A DNA stretch of 63,267 nt, counting the filler, from Olpidium bornovanus S191 (Eukaryota > Fungi > Olpidiomycota): assembly GCA_017911155.1 (NCBI GenBank). It is 32 parts of 32 records of this genome, joined end to end, with 100 filler letters (N's around TTAATTAATTAA, not from the genome) between each part and the next. Parts side by side here need not be neighbours in the genome. Positions count along the whole stretch, not along the records: positions 1 to 1,382 come from JAEFCI010003297.1; positions 1,483 to 2,605 come from JAEFCI010009639.1; positions 2,706 to 3,881 come from JAEFCI010010209.1; positions 3,982 to 5,763 come from JAEFCI010012804.1; positions 5,864 to 7,366 come from JAEFCI010012301.1; positions 7,467 to 9,739 come from JAEFCI010005346.1; positions 9,840 to 11,073 come from JAEFCI010001993.1; positions 11,174 to 13,836 come from JAEFCI010001942.1; 24 more parts are not named here. One strand, written 5' to 3'. A program made the translations under genes and the position numbers. Below the pieces are notes generated by a model. It was not told the DNA's origin. It did not search any database and saw only the letters and a program-made list of their open reading frames with translations. This document shows, one piece after another, positions 1 through 12,353 of this stretch. Numbering within the stretch: the first letter of the stretch is position 1; every line of letters starts with the position of its first letter.

Positions 1-94
1 CCCCCCCCCGGGGGGGGCCGGCGTTTTGGAGACGTTTTTTTTTTTGCCGGGGTTGTTGGGGGGGGCGTGGTTGGGGGAAAAAAAAAAAAAAAAA

Positions 95-134
<40 letters not shown>

Positions 135-228
135 AGAGGGGAAGTAAAGCTGAGTTATTTCGATTAAGACGTCGGAATTCTCTCTTTCTCAGCCCCAACC
201 TTCACACAATCCTAAAAACAGTCCCACC

Positions 229-1382
229 TCCTTCTCCGTCTTCGGCGCTGCAAGCGCTTCCGCGCCCTCGGGCGCGGACGAGGTCGGAGCGACAAACTCC
301 TTCGGCTTGGACGGCACGAACCCCTTGGCGAGGTCGATGAGCAACGGATCGGCGATCTTCCCCGTGAAGTACTCCTCCGCAGTCAACGAAGGCTTGTCTC
401 CCGGACAGTGAGGGTATATGTCTGCTTGAAACGCATCGGACTAGGCAGGATCGAACACAACGGCAAAATCCCATTGGGCGAGTCGGACTGAGTGGGCCAC
501 CCGCTTATGGACGTTTGTGACAGATCCAAATCACGTTGTGGCAAGCAAAATCTCTCCGCCCCGCGACCTGGCCGAAGGGCGTGAAAACGAGGCCGCGAAC
601 GACCGCGCAGTCGACGTAGAGCGGTATCTCGCTCACCTTCCGAGGGACGGTGAAGGAGATCGGCTCAATGTATGTGTTGGTGACCTTGTAAAGGCGCGCG
701 ACTTCACAGTCGGCCACATTGCACGCCCGCTTGGGCAGCCACCCCATCCCGCGCTGGGGTTCGGTGGATTTGTATTCCGAGAGGTAGAACAAATCGTCGT
801 TCTCGAACTCGTAATAGCGGATATTTCCATCTCTGGGAACGGTGAAAGCGCGCCTCAGCCTAAACAAGAGTTGCCGCCGCGATTTCTGCGACAAAACAAC
901 TCCCCACGGAAACGGACCCTTTTCCGGCCAGGTAGAGCATCTTGGTGTCATTGTCGAAAAACGGCATGACGACCCCAGAGGAAGTGTCGAGGTTCACAGT
1001 TTTTTTGGGCTCCGTGAGATTCGTTGTGTCCCACAAGAAAACCTGGCGGTCAGACGTCTTTGAGAAACCGGTGGTTGCGACCCGGTCGGCGTCGCCTAGC
1101 CACACGACGCGCGAGCCCTTGACGCCCTGATGGGAATTTCCTTCCTAAGATTGGGCGGTAATATAAGTGGGCAAAATGAATTGGACCGGATGCAGATCAC
1201 GCATTGGGAAACAGATTTGGCCAGGTGCGACCACGCCCGTTTCGGAGCGACTTTAGATGCAATTTAATTTTAAGATACCAAAAGCAGCACGCCGTCCCCG
1301 GTCATTTTCAACAACGGGAAACGCACCGCAACCACTTTATTGGCCCTGACGTCGAGGATACGAATTTTCTTGTCGCGGCAGG
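229..1382 (-). CDS. CRN1: Coronin (WD40 actin-binding protein), internal multi-exon fragment
   Basis: Four GT-AG exons give CRDKKIRILDVRANKVVA / EGNSHQGVKGSRVVWLGD...TTGFSKTSDRQVFLWD...SSGVVMPFFDNDTKMLYLAGKG / DGNIRYYEFENDDLFYLSEY...QRGMGWLPKR...IEPISFTVPRK / SDAFQADIYP, all coronin hallmarks. Confidence 0.96.
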
Positions 1383-1482
1383 NNNNNNNNNNNNNNNNNN
1401 NNNNNNNNNNNNNNNNNNNNNNNNNNTTAATTAATTAANNNNNNNNNNNNNNNNNNNNNNNNNNNNNNNNNNNNNNNNNNNN
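1383..1482. other. Artificial contig linker (44 N + TTAATTAATTAA + 44 N); first of 31 identical linkers, the last at 61116-61215
   Basis: The same 100-bp structure occurs at every gap, and the 12-mer gives stops in all six frames. Confidence 0.98.
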
Positions 1483-2149
1483 CAGTACCAGATTGCCTTT
1501 TGCCAAACGAACCAGGCCTTCTTGGTAATGCGTCCGCTGTTATGCCGCACGGCGCGCCGATTCTGGGACGGCCAAGGCAGTTATAGCGGCCAATCAAGGC
1601 ATGCGGGACGGTTACATTTTGTTGATCGTTCGTAGATGCGAAGAACTCTCGGTCTTCCGCTCACCAGGTACGCAGTACTCCATGACGTAAACGCTGACAT
1701 CAGGAGCGGTAACCGCCGTGCGCGCCGGTACTCTAGCAGCTGCAAAACCGTAAATTCGCGACGGTTTTTTTTTTTTTTTTTTTTTGCCGTAAAGGCGGTG
1801 TTTTTCGCAAGCTTATACAAAATCACACCCCGCTTTTTATTTTTCCTGGGAGTTGTCGCGTCGAATAAACTGGGAGTTGTCGCGTCGGCAAAAATTTGAC
1901 TCTTCAACATCCCGTACTTTGCGTTCGAGAGAGCGGTTTCTCTCCGAGGCGACCCAGACGCCAAAGCACTTCGACAGCGCGCGGAGCCGCCGGGACTCGC
2001 GGAACGCTTCCTCGAGCGCGTTCAGCCGGCGCCGTGACGTGAACAAGTGCCAGGCTGCAAAAAGAACCAAAAAAAAAAAAAAAAAAAAAAAACAAACCCC
2101 CCCCGCGGGGCGTTTCAGCGGGGCCCGGGAGGGAAAAAAAGGCCGGGGG

Positions 2150-2187
<38 letters not shown>

Positions 2188-2580
2188 GAGCCGCCCCGCG
2201 AGCGTTTACTTCGGCACCTCTCGCCGTTGAATCCTATCGCCTCGGCCACGGCAGCGTTGGTGCAAAAAAAAAAGGTGCAGCGCTGACCATGGAGATGTTT
2301 GCGCTCGAGGAAGCGAGAGTTGTCCTCTTGGACCATGCCTCCGACCAGAAGTCTTCGCCATCGCCGGAAAAATTGCCTTGAAACGCATCAAGGGGAAGAA
2401 GGGGGGGGGGGGGTTCATGTCAGGTTGCGAGAATCGGTGCCAGATTTTTCCCAGCGCGCGCGGAGCACTCGCCCGTACTTTTTGAGCGCTTCTTCGCGGC
2501 TGACCTTTGCCAACGCGGCGTCCAATTCGATCCCGCGGCGGCGGTTCCTCCATGACTCCAACGCCGAGCGGATCACAATC
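1483..2580 (-). CDS. Probable Sfi1-like centrin-binding repeat protein, fragment
   Basis: Several exons carry the periodic aliphatic-x-x-F/W-x-x-W repeat: IVIRSALESWRN, LFAAWHLFTSRRR, LSKCFGVWVAS, LMSAFTSWSTAY, ITKKAWFVWQKA. Exon boundaries are only partly resolved. Confidence 0.5.
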
Positions 2581-3798
2581 TGAGCCAACCCGGGATCAGT
2601 ACTGCNNNNNNNNNNNNNNNNNNNNNNNNNNNNNNNNNNNNNNNNNNNNTTAATTAATTAANNNNNNNNNNNNNNNNNNNNNNNNNNNNNNNNNNNNNNN
2701 NNNNNACGGACCCGCCGGACCCCCCGCCCGCGACATCAGGGGGTCCCGACCACCCCCTCTGCACCGTCACGCTACGTATAAGGGGGCGCGGTAAATGCCC
2801 TTCCTTTCCCCCCCCCCCCCCCCTCCCCCCCCCCCCGCGCGCGCGCCCCGCACCCGCCCCCGCTGCGGACCGCATCCTCCCTTTCTCTCTCTCTCTCTCT
2901 CTCTCGCTCTCGCTCTCGCTCTTGCTCTCCCTTTCGCTCTCGCTCTCCGGAGCACGAAAACACGCAAAACAAAGGGAAAAAAAAACGTTCGAGAGCCGCG
3001 GCCCGTTTTTCTTCTTCTTTGGTCTGATTTCTTCTCCTTCAGCAAGAAAGAGGCTGCTCCTCGTTGAAATGCTCTCCGGCCCGTGCTTCCGGTCCGCCGA
3101 ACCCCGCCTGGCGGCGACAGCCTGGCAGGCGGCCGGCGGCCGGCGCAAGTTCGCGACGGTGAGGAGGACAAAAAAAAGAAGGGGGGGGGGGGAAGGCAAG
3201 ATAATTGCGCCGGTGCTGTCAGCGACGCGCGCTCGTTTTCCTCCATTCCCGGGGAGACCGACGGGCGGCTCCCTTTTCCGTGTTCCTGCGGCAGAATACC
3301 CGGCCCCCGCCCCACCGGACCGGAGGCGTTATGTCAAAGCCGACTCCGCCACAATTTTGACGTTTGACTCAAAAAACCCCACGCCTTCCATTTTTCGCAG
3401 ACCGGACTCTGGTCGTCTCAGCGCCCCGGAAAGACACCCCCTTCGTCGGGCGTGGAGACGTCCTCCGCGGACCTGTCCGGCAGGCGGAGCCGTCCGGGCG
3501 AACGGAGGGACGCGCGCGAGCGGAGCGGCGAGCTCGATGCGCTGCTGGCGGAGGAAAATAAGCTCCGCGGCTGTTCCACCGAGCTGACTGGTAAACGTGC
3601 AACCCGCGCGTGCCTTTTTTTTTTTTTTTTTTTTTTTTTTCCTGTTTGCCGCGCGTCGGTTATCTCTCCCCCCCCCCCCCTTTCCCCAGTGCCGACACCG
3701 CCGCCCGCGCCACTCAAACAGAAGCAAAGCGCGCCGCTTTCCGCTGACCGTCCTGCCTGCCCGCAAATTTTCTTCCCTCGTCGGGGGGTTATCGCCTC

Positions 3799-3857
<59 letters not shown>

Positions 3858-5863
3858 ACCCACCCCCCCCCCCACCCCCCCNNNNNNNNNNNNNNNNNNN
3901 NNNNNNNNNNNNNNNNNNNNNNNNNTTAATTAATTAANNNNNNNNNNNNNNNNNNNNNNNNNNNNNNNNNNNNNNNNNNNNCATGCGAGAGGGATAACGT
4001 GAGAAGAGTGAGCGGCACTAGTACAGGCCGCCCACGCGCAAATCCAGTTGCCACTGGGAGGCGGGCGGCAGCCCTCCCGCGCTTCCCATATTCGTATCTC
4101 GCGGATGTTGCTGGCCTTCTACAGCGGCCCCAGTCCTCCCACCCTTATATATTAATTATAACACGTCACGGTTGCTCCACCACCAGCGACCGCCAGTTTG
4201 CAGCGTGCTGGCTTTGGACCCGTCCTCATAGGCGGCCTCATCATCGCTGAAAGGCAGGTTGTTGTTTGCCCACAGCCACCTCCTGTACGCTCACGGCGCA
4301 AGCTCGTGATGCCGTTCAGCAGCAAACATGTTAACGATACAGTGATTGACCCATGGTGTGGCAGCACAGTGGTGGCACCAGGTATGCCCGAGTACCTGTA
4401 CCCCATGAAAAAATACGCCGCGGCAGGACTTCGAGCCTGTCGAGCCACCCAGCTTCCAAGGCTCGTCGCTCAGCGTCCATGGATAAAGTAAGCATGATAT
4501 ACCACCGCCGTTCCAATCTCTTCAACATGTCCAATTGCTCCTGATTTCATTTAGAAAGTTCACTCCGAGAACGGGCCAGGCATGCAGTAGGACTCGTGAT
4601 CAGCGGGAAGCTGCCAAAGGCCCAACGTTCAAATTAGTAGACATCGGCCGGCCCCAGCCGTCTTCAACTTAACTGCCAGACACCCTGCTGCGCCTCCCGC
4701 GCAGTCTCGATGCGTCGGCACCGGCACCTTTTTTGATTTTTGCCGGATGTGCAGGCACATGGCTCTTTTTAGAGACGTCGTTGCCCATCCCTCGGGTGCC
4801 CCTGCTTCAGCCGCATCGAATCTGACGCTTCCTCGTCACGCGGGCTTTTGCTAGCGTCCGCCTCCTCCACATCACCCTCCGCCCAGACAGAGCCTGTATC
4901 ACTTGTCGCCCTGTCCCCTTCGTTGCTCGTCTCGTTCGCAGCAATTCGACATGAACGGGTGGCGAGCGCTGACATCTCTGATAGGGCAATTCCGCTCCCT
5001 GCGACGTGCGCCAGCTAGCCGGGCCATCTTCCGGAGCCCCCCAACGTAAATCGTGCTCGGGAGTAGTGCACTTTTTCAACCGCCGAGGTCAAAGAAAGCG
5101 AGGAAGCAGCTTCGCCGGACGCAGTTGTGGCTACCCCAAAGGCTCGAGTCCCACACGGGCGCCTCGCCTTTGGTGCAAGTTCAGCCTTCGCATACCAAAC
5201 TCTCAGGTCGCGCATAATGGCTCGGGGCCAGTCGTCACGGTGCTCCTCCCAGAAATGTGGCGCCTCTGCGGAGCAGGCCCTCCTGCCTTTCTCATCTCCC
5301 AAGTGAGGGGATGAGAATTACCTACCTTTGTGGCGTCCTGGGGCCGCAGGAGTTGCGTTGGTCCTCACGGTGCACTCTTGCGGCGCCGCACAATCTGTGT
5401 TGCGGGCTGTGCTGCGAGCGCCCACGATGCCCATAATTGTTGGACTCAGAACCTTTTGGCGATTTCGTGGTTTGGCCGAGCGTCGTGTATTTTGGAGTTG
5501 CGGCGCTCGTTACTTCCGACAAGGTGAACGTTAAAAAAAAGGCGGGAGGAACGAGAATGAGACAAGGGGTTGCCGAACAACCGAGTGGCGTCCTCTGAGG
5601 AAAAATTTTCTTTTTGGATAAACAAGCGTCTCGCGAACTAAAATAAATCACTGTGCGGCGGAGTTGGATCCCTTTTCTAATTCGCTCTCGCGAATTTCCG
5701 CTTCCTCGCCGCCGTAGATATGCTTCGCCTGCATAAACGTGAATGACGGATGATGACCATGGANNNNNNNNNNNNNNNNNNNNNNNNNNNNNNNNNNNNN
5801 NNNNNNNTTAATTAATTAANNNNNNNNNNNNNNNNNNNNNNNNNNNNNNNNNNNNNNNNNNNN

Positions 5864-7115
5864 CATGTCTTCAGATCCAGCACGTTTAATTCGTCCAAAG
5901 TCAGTGGTCCCATCGTCGTCTCGTCCTCCCCGTGCGTTCCGCCGTGGACGTAAAGCTTGTCTCCGTCCACCGTCGCGGCGTGCTTCAGCCTTGGTGTCGG
6001 TAACGGCCCGGTGACTTCTGGCCTCTCCCACGACAAGGTCTTCAAGTCGAGAACGACGATATCATTAAGGTACTGTTCCTCTTCGGTTGTCCCGCCAAAT
6101 ATTACCAGCTTGTCGTCCCAAAGAGACGCAGAGTGTGCTGTTCGTTTTGATGGTGGAACGCCCTTTGTATAGATTACGGCTGACCATTTCAGCGTGTCCA
6201 GGTCTAGTACGAAGACGTCTGGCAATGTTCCGAAGTTTAGCTATGCCGTTCTCGAAATTACCGAGTCGATGAAAGCAATAATGACTTCTGCTTTACAAAT
6301 CACTCCAACGATATGCGACTTACCGTTGTAAACTTCGTCGGAGTATCTAGCGGAAAATTGTCATTGCGCAAGAGTCGACGTATGAGCTTCTCTTCCCATA
6401 ATCTTAGTACGACGACGGCCCGCAACGTTACGCAGTCCCCCAGTCTAGTACATCTTGCAGGTAGCACTCACTGGTGAAACCCGCCGAACGCGTACACTTT
6501 TCTTCGGTCTTCAACCATGGTGACGGACGCGCTCACAAGGCACATGAGATTCTCTCCGGTCGTCTTCATTGGCGAGCAGACCATGGACCCAGGGCCAGGC
6601 CCGCCGCTGTTCGGCCCCAAGGCGCTACCTGCTTGCGGCCCCTGTGTCGCCGCCGCCAACCCTACGCCAGTGTCCGAAATCGCCGGGTACGGCAACGGCA
6701 CAGGACCGTGCACGGGGAAGCCGCCGTGCGCGGCGAGCGGTGACGGCGAAGGCATCTCCAGTTGCTGAGAAATAGGTGGCACGATATTCTGCTGCTGGTG
6801 ATGGTGCTGGTTATCCGGGTTAAAGCAGAACGCTCCGAGCGGCGGAGCGTATGGCGCCAAGGACGGCGTGGTCGAGCACGACGAACCGAAACAGATCTGT
6901 AATTCGGCCGAAGACGGACCACTGCGGCCACCGTGACGCTGCTGCTGTTGCGGCTGACAGTCGGGCGTACCGCCGTTCTCGCTGGCTGGGTCTCCAGCCG
7001 CGGCAGCGACGGTGAGCGCGGACACGGTTTGTGCAGCCGGCAGCGCCGGCCTCGCGATTGCCTTCGCGGCCGGAGCCGCGGCCGTGGCCATCCTGGGACT
7101 CCGTCCCGTGACCAC
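5864..7115 (-). CDS. Kelch-repeat (beta-propeller) protein, N-terminal part; resembles fungal kelch/BTB proteins
   Basis: Exons 7115-~6472, 6346-6324 (23-nt microexon) and 6218-5864 splice to CLVSASVTMVEDRRKVYAFGGFHQYSDEVYNDVFVLDLDTLKW...PSKRTAHSASLWDDKLVIFGG...PTPRLKHAATVDGDKLYVHGG. Confidence 0.88.
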
Positions 7116-7301
7116 CTCGACTCAGAAGCGGGTTCAGGGCGCCGGCACGCGCAGCCCCGAGAGGGAACAGATTGCTAGAGAAGGGAACGGGGAGGAGTCG
7201 CGGTGAGGAAAAGCGGTATGTTATACTCGAGGAACGAGAGATGGGTTGGGAAAGAGGGGGGGGGGGTTGGCCACGGAGGGTGAACACAGAAGAAGGGAGG
7301 A

Positions 7302-7339
<38 letters not shown>

Positions 7340-7466
7340 CTGGGCGGTGGTTGGTCTAGGTTTGTANNNNNNNNNNNNNNNNNNNNNNNNNNNNNNNNNN
7401 NNNNNNNNNNTTAATTAATTAANNNNNNNNNNNNNNNNNNNNNNNNNNNNNNNNNNNNNNNNNNNN

Positions 7467-9477
7467 CATGGTCCACACATACCCGCATCTGCGTCTAGAG
7501 ATGGAACCACCGAGGGTGAAGCGATGGGCAGAACGTCTCCGTACTGCAGTCCGAGATGCACATTGTCCACTTTGCCAGTCACCGCGACGGAGTTTGCCGC
7601 TCTCCGGGCAATGACGGCAACGCTTGGCTCAACCACGTCACCTGTAACCGCGATCGGCGGAACGTTTTCCAGCAGTTCGACCGCCGCAGGGGACAGGCGA
7701 CCAAGGAGCCCTTCAGGCGTGGAACGTTTGGTCGGAATTGCGGAAAGTCTCCTCGGCCGGCGTCGAACTGGAGGCCTTCTTGCAAGCTTGTTCCCTTGTT
7801 GCACCGAGAAAGCCCCCGAAGTCGGCCTTCTGGACCTGCGCACCAGCCTTAGACTGTGAATCGTCTCCTCGCACAGTCGGAGAATCGTGGGGATTCGCTC
7901 CAGCTCAATCCGCAAACTAGGCATCACGGCTCTCGCCGTCCCGGTGATCTGCCGTCCGCCCTCCAACTTGATCGCTACAGTCCCCATTTCAAACACCTGT
8001 GACCGCCAGCTTGATCCCACTGGCCTTCCATAGCAGTCTCCGACAACGCGGGCAACGTTCATATTAACGGTGTGGAGCGCGTAAGGAACACCTGCCATGC
8101 ACGGGTCCGCTTCCGGATCCAGAGGATTGAACCGCACGTCCAACTTGATGTCCGCCGCAGCAACTGCAGCGCTTCCGCACGTGTCGGCCCCTCCATGGCT
8201 GGTTCCAATCGCGGAGATGCAGTGCACAGTGATAGATTCCAGGTGCGCAGCTATCCGCCTTGGAAAAAATTGGCTGTCTTTGGAAAATCCCATGCCGTCC
8301 TTTGCTATGCAATTCTCCGAGGTGCTGAAATTTGAAAGAGGTCGCGAATCCTGCCAAGCCAAAGGAGAATTCATCCCCATTGATGCCGGCGCTGGGCTGG
8401 AAGCCGCTGGCGTTGCGGACTGGGGCAAACTGAACAAGACATGGAATATGTTCTGGGTGTGGACACTGATCGGGCCGACGTCCATGTTGAATGCCAAATC
8501 GTCCATTCGGCGCGTTCTGAAATCCGCGCCGCACGTTATTTCCAGTCGCAAAACGCCGGACACTTCCAACGCGGGCTCCCCGCGATTTCGAGGGTGGTCT
8601 ATACCGTCGCGCTCGCCTGCCATGCCCTGAGAAGCATCATCACCGGAGTTGCCGTCGACCTCTCTACCCAGCGCCAGCAGGCACAGCGCCTCAAGCTCCA
8701 CTTCCAACAAAAAAGGGCGCGGTCGTCGTCTGCCTGCGGCGGGCCTTGGCGATGCCTAAGTGAGAAGCTCACCCCCTTGACATTCGGAGGTGTTCAACGG
8801 TGAGTTTCTCCGCACACTCACTTTGATCGCGCGCCGGCGTCCGGAGCGTCCGGCGCAGTGGGAAGTGGCGCATACGACAGGTGAACCGAGAGGCGATCAA
8901 GTTCGAACATCGCCGAAGGGGCCAGCCGGAGTTCGAGATCCTCGAGGTTCAGGTTGACTAAGGACACGACGACGTAGACCGCGCATTCGATTAACCTGCA
9001 TATCGCTCGCCGAGCCAGCCGCCTAAACTGCAAGCTCGCCCTCGCCTTCCCCGTTGGCGACACGTCGCCCTCGCATGCGGCCGGCGAAGCGGGCTGGCGA
9101 TCCGGGTGGGCATCTCCTTCCGAGCGTTGGGCACCTTCCGACGAATGCGCCAGAGCGGTGCCCTGTCCTCTTGGTCCGCCGAGGGGAAAATCGGCCTGCA
9201 GGCCCTTCGCGTGCAAGGTGAGCCACTTGTGCTTGGACGCCGGCTGGCGGACGAACGCCGTCAGGCTATCGCACTGCACTCGGCCCAGCCGCCCAGCAGC
9301 AGATATCCCCGACAGCGACCACACGGCGCCTCCGCCCGAAAACCAGGCCGTGGACCGCACGGTCAAGCCCAGCCGTTTCGCCGCGACCTTCACCAGCGCC
9401 CGGCCGGCGCAGAGGGCCAGGTACGCGCAGCCGAAAACCAGCATCGAGACCAAGACCAAACGGACAAGGCCCTCCAT
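7467..9477 (-). CDS. Probable FMP27/Hobbit/BLTP2-like bridge-like lipid transfer protein, N-terminal fragment
   Basis: ATG at 9477 and an N-terminal TM helix, then RSTAWFS...SLSGI...RQPASKHKWLTLHAKGL and NLNLEDLELRL. A long beta-rich ORF (7467-8710) follows an intron. Assignment is by pattern only. Confidence 0.5.
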
Positions 9478-10249
9478 CTCGCTGGCTTTTGTTTTTTTAT
9501 GTTACTTGATTCCTTGGGCGAGTTGCGGGTTCCCTCGGGCTGGGCGGGAAACTTTATGATTTGGGAAAGTGAGTCCCGGGGCCAAGGCCCAGGCGCTTAC
9601 ATCCTGCCCCCTCGGGGATGCGCGGTTTGTCGTCGCGGAGAGGCAAATGGCGGCGCCCGTACTTCGAACGTCCCCTCTTCCCCACCCACCTAACCGCGCG
9701 GCCGGGGAGGAGCACCTTTTGCCTGCGTCAGCGGCGGGGNNNNNNNNNNNNNNNNNNNNNNNNNNNNNNNNNNNNNNNNNNNNTTAATTAATTAANNNNN
9801 NNNNNNNNNNNNNNNNNNNNNNNNNNNNNNNNNNNNNNNCTCCCTCGATCCAATCTTTGTCCGGCAGAGAGCAACGCGTCGTTATGGTAAAAGAAAAATG
9901 CAGGTACGTTCCCACGTCAGAATCCAAAAGAACTTGTTCTGCGCTATACTCCGTGGTTCGGGAAATAGTCCTTGGCACTCCCCTGCAACGAATGGTCAAC
10001 CAGGGGTGGCCGGCAATGGCACATTTGAACGCTTCGAGTTCTTTGTCCTTAGGCCCGACCCCATTGGTCGCTAAAGGAAGCAGTTGCCGTCATTGGAACA
10101 AGCTTACGGTACGTGACTGTATGTGACTCATTTTTTGGTTGGTTGCGCAATCGCTGCTGCCCGTACTACCCCTTGACCTTGATATCAGGGGTTGAGGGTA
10201 ATGCTGAACACCCCCTCACCCCTATGTGCGGCGGGTATCGGCTGTATCG

Positions 10250-10423
10250 GCAGTAAAGAAGCAAGCAGGAAACTTTTCTGCAAATTGCATTATGCCTTCC
10301 TTTGATTGATCTTGCCAGCAGATATCAGAAGTTGGCGACTGATCCCCATTGAACTTGACAAACCTTCGGTACTCGACAAGGGTTTTTCCGACAAGCCCCA
10401 AGGCCAGAGCCCTGTGCACCGCC
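10250..10423 (-). CDS. Hypothetical protein exon
   Basis: An AG acceptor precedes protein-like AVHRALALGLVGKTLVEYRRFVKFNGDQSPTSDICWQDQSKEGIMQFAEKFPACFF; family not recognised. Confidence 0.3.
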
Positions 10424-10984
10424 TAGACGCGGAGGTATGTTTTGTTTTTAGAGAATCCGAGGTGAGGTCATCTTCCCCCATTGAAGCCCTTCCCTCCTCA
10501 CCCTTCTCTGCCTCTGATTCTCGCTCGAAGCGCGGCGGCTTTCTGTTTGACCGTGGGCAGGCGCTTGCAGTTCTTGTCCCTCGCCAGCTCCAGGGGTCGC
10601 GAACACGGGCGGCGCGCCCTCGGGCAAGCTTAGCAGAATTACCCCGGCGGGGCAGCGTGCCGTGTGGTCCCCACGGGGTTTCAGCGTGGGCTCACCGCGC
10701 GTTCCCGACTGCGGGTGAAACTGTGAATAAGGACACATCCCGCGCGTGCTACGTCCACACGTCACTTCCTTCCCGCCTTCCTTCCTCACAACCCTGTTGG
10801 AACAAAGGGGTTCAGGATCGGTGGGGAGGAGAAGCGAGATGGAGACGGAGGGCGCGCCCGACAAGTTCGCTGATGCTGGGTGAGCCCTGTGTTTCCCCAC
10901 CGCCTGTTGGAATAAAGGGGCCAAATAAACGGGGCAAAAATAAAGTGCGGGAGGCTGAGACGCGGGTACACCGCGTGCACCAAG

Positions 10985-11033
<49 letters not shown>

Positions 11034-11564
11034 CACCCACCCCCCCCCCCCCCCCCCCCGCGGCGGGGCCGGCNNNNNNNNNNNNNNNNNNNNNNNNNNN
11101 NNNNNNNNNNNNNNNNNTTAATTAATTAANNNNNNNNNNNNNNNNNNNNNNNNNNNNNNNNNNNNNNNNNNNNCGGCAGGGAGGGCAGGGCCGGCTTTGG
11201 GCCCGCAGGGGGCTCTGGCCAATCCGGTCGACAGGCGGGCTCGGCGCGCCGCACGCGGGTTCGGCGTCGACGGCGCCGCGACGCGGCCTCGAACTCCGCA
11301 GCCGACGCTGCGCGAGAAAGGGCGGGGAAGGGAAAAGAGAGAGAGAGCAGCCGACGCCGCTCGACCCGTAGCGGCCACTGACGCCTCCGCTCGAACGGGC
11401 CCAAAGGTGAACACGACACTGGAACGAGCCCGACGGCTTTGTTTATTTCGACGACGAGCGGATCGGCGACGGGTTTTCGCGGGGAGTTTTGACAACAGGG
11501 AAGAAGAAAAGGGAAAGAAGGGGTAGCGAAACCAAAAAACTTCGAAGCAAGTGGACGGCGTCGT

Positions 11565-11650
11565 GTGAGTGCTTGTCAGTGTGAGTGCTTGTCAGTGTGA
11601 GTGCTTGTCAGTGTGAGTGCTTGTCAGTGTGAGTGCTTGTCAGTGTGAGG
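11565..11650 (+). repeat. 16-bp minisatellite (GTGAGTGCTTGTCAGT) x5 plus a partial copy
   Basis: Perfect tandem copies with no spacers. Confidence 0.97.
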
Positions 11651-11757
11651 ACGTGACCTCGATAGTCGAAAGCAAAAGGTGAGTGCAAACGAGCGAAACA
11701 ATGCAAAACCAAGGAAACGGGGTTCGAAGCTAAAGTAATCGAAGTCAGGGTCAATGC

Positions 11758-12353
11758 CCGCCGAGGCCATTTTGGGTGCCGACACCGCGCGGGAGCTTGC
11801 CTGGCTTCGACGTCTCCTGGTCTAAATACTCGGCCACACTTCCGACGTCAAACTGCCATCTTCAATCGTGTGCATCGACAAAGAAGGCGCACGGCTCCTG
11901 GCCTCCAAGATGTCGTATAACCCTCGTACCCGGCACATCGGCGTCAGGTATTATTATGTGCGCGAGCGCGTTGCGGACTGCGAGATCCACCTTGAGCGCG
12001 TATCGACCAAGCACAACACCGCCGATACCCTCACGAAAGCCTTGCCCAAGGCACGTTTCGACGAGTGCCGTCATAAACTCGGGCTCGTCGATGTCAAAGA
12101 GCATTTGGCGCATGCGGCGCTTGCCCAAGCACTCCGTAGCTCACAGTAGCCTTCATGCCTATCGTCCACACCTGCACGGTTTAACCATAACAATCCCTTT
12201 GTCATTTTGTATATCCCCTGCGGTTCGAGAGGGGGTGCCGAAGAGTCGTCCCGCCGGGAATTATATAGATCACGTGACCCATGAATAAAACACCGGGAGC
12301 GGGGCAGAAGGGGACCTCCCCGGTCCGCACTTTCCAAACAAACCTTCGAGACA
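11758..12353 (+). mobile_element. Ty1/copia 3' remnant A: RNase H pseudogene, PPT and ~118-bp 3' LTR (12236-12353)
   Basis: AEAILGADTARELAWLRRLLV*IL...CIDKEGARLLA...RTRHIGVRYYYVRERV...NTADTLTKALP. PPT GAGAGGGGG at 12227-12235. The LTR runs TGCCGAAG...CTTCGAGACA and contains TATATA and AATAAA. Confidence 0.88.

Noticed and set aside
2706-3881. Gene call for contig 3 (MLSGPCFRSAEPRL...; EYPAPAPPDRRRYVKADSATIL...)
   Set aside because: There are possible exons, but I could not build a consistent spliced frame or recognise a family.
4230-4420. FAR1/MULE zinc-finger remnant (minus strand ...CIVNMFAAERHHELAP*)
   Set aside because: Only the xHxHxL-like tail resembles the motif. The upstream Cys residues do not align convincingly, and I saw no transposase or TIR.
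5015-5302. hAT dimerisation domain (HFWEEHRDDWPRAIMRDL)
   Set aside because: The W..W/P spacing is suggestive, but the diagnostic A(T/S)S..SER.FS motif is absent.
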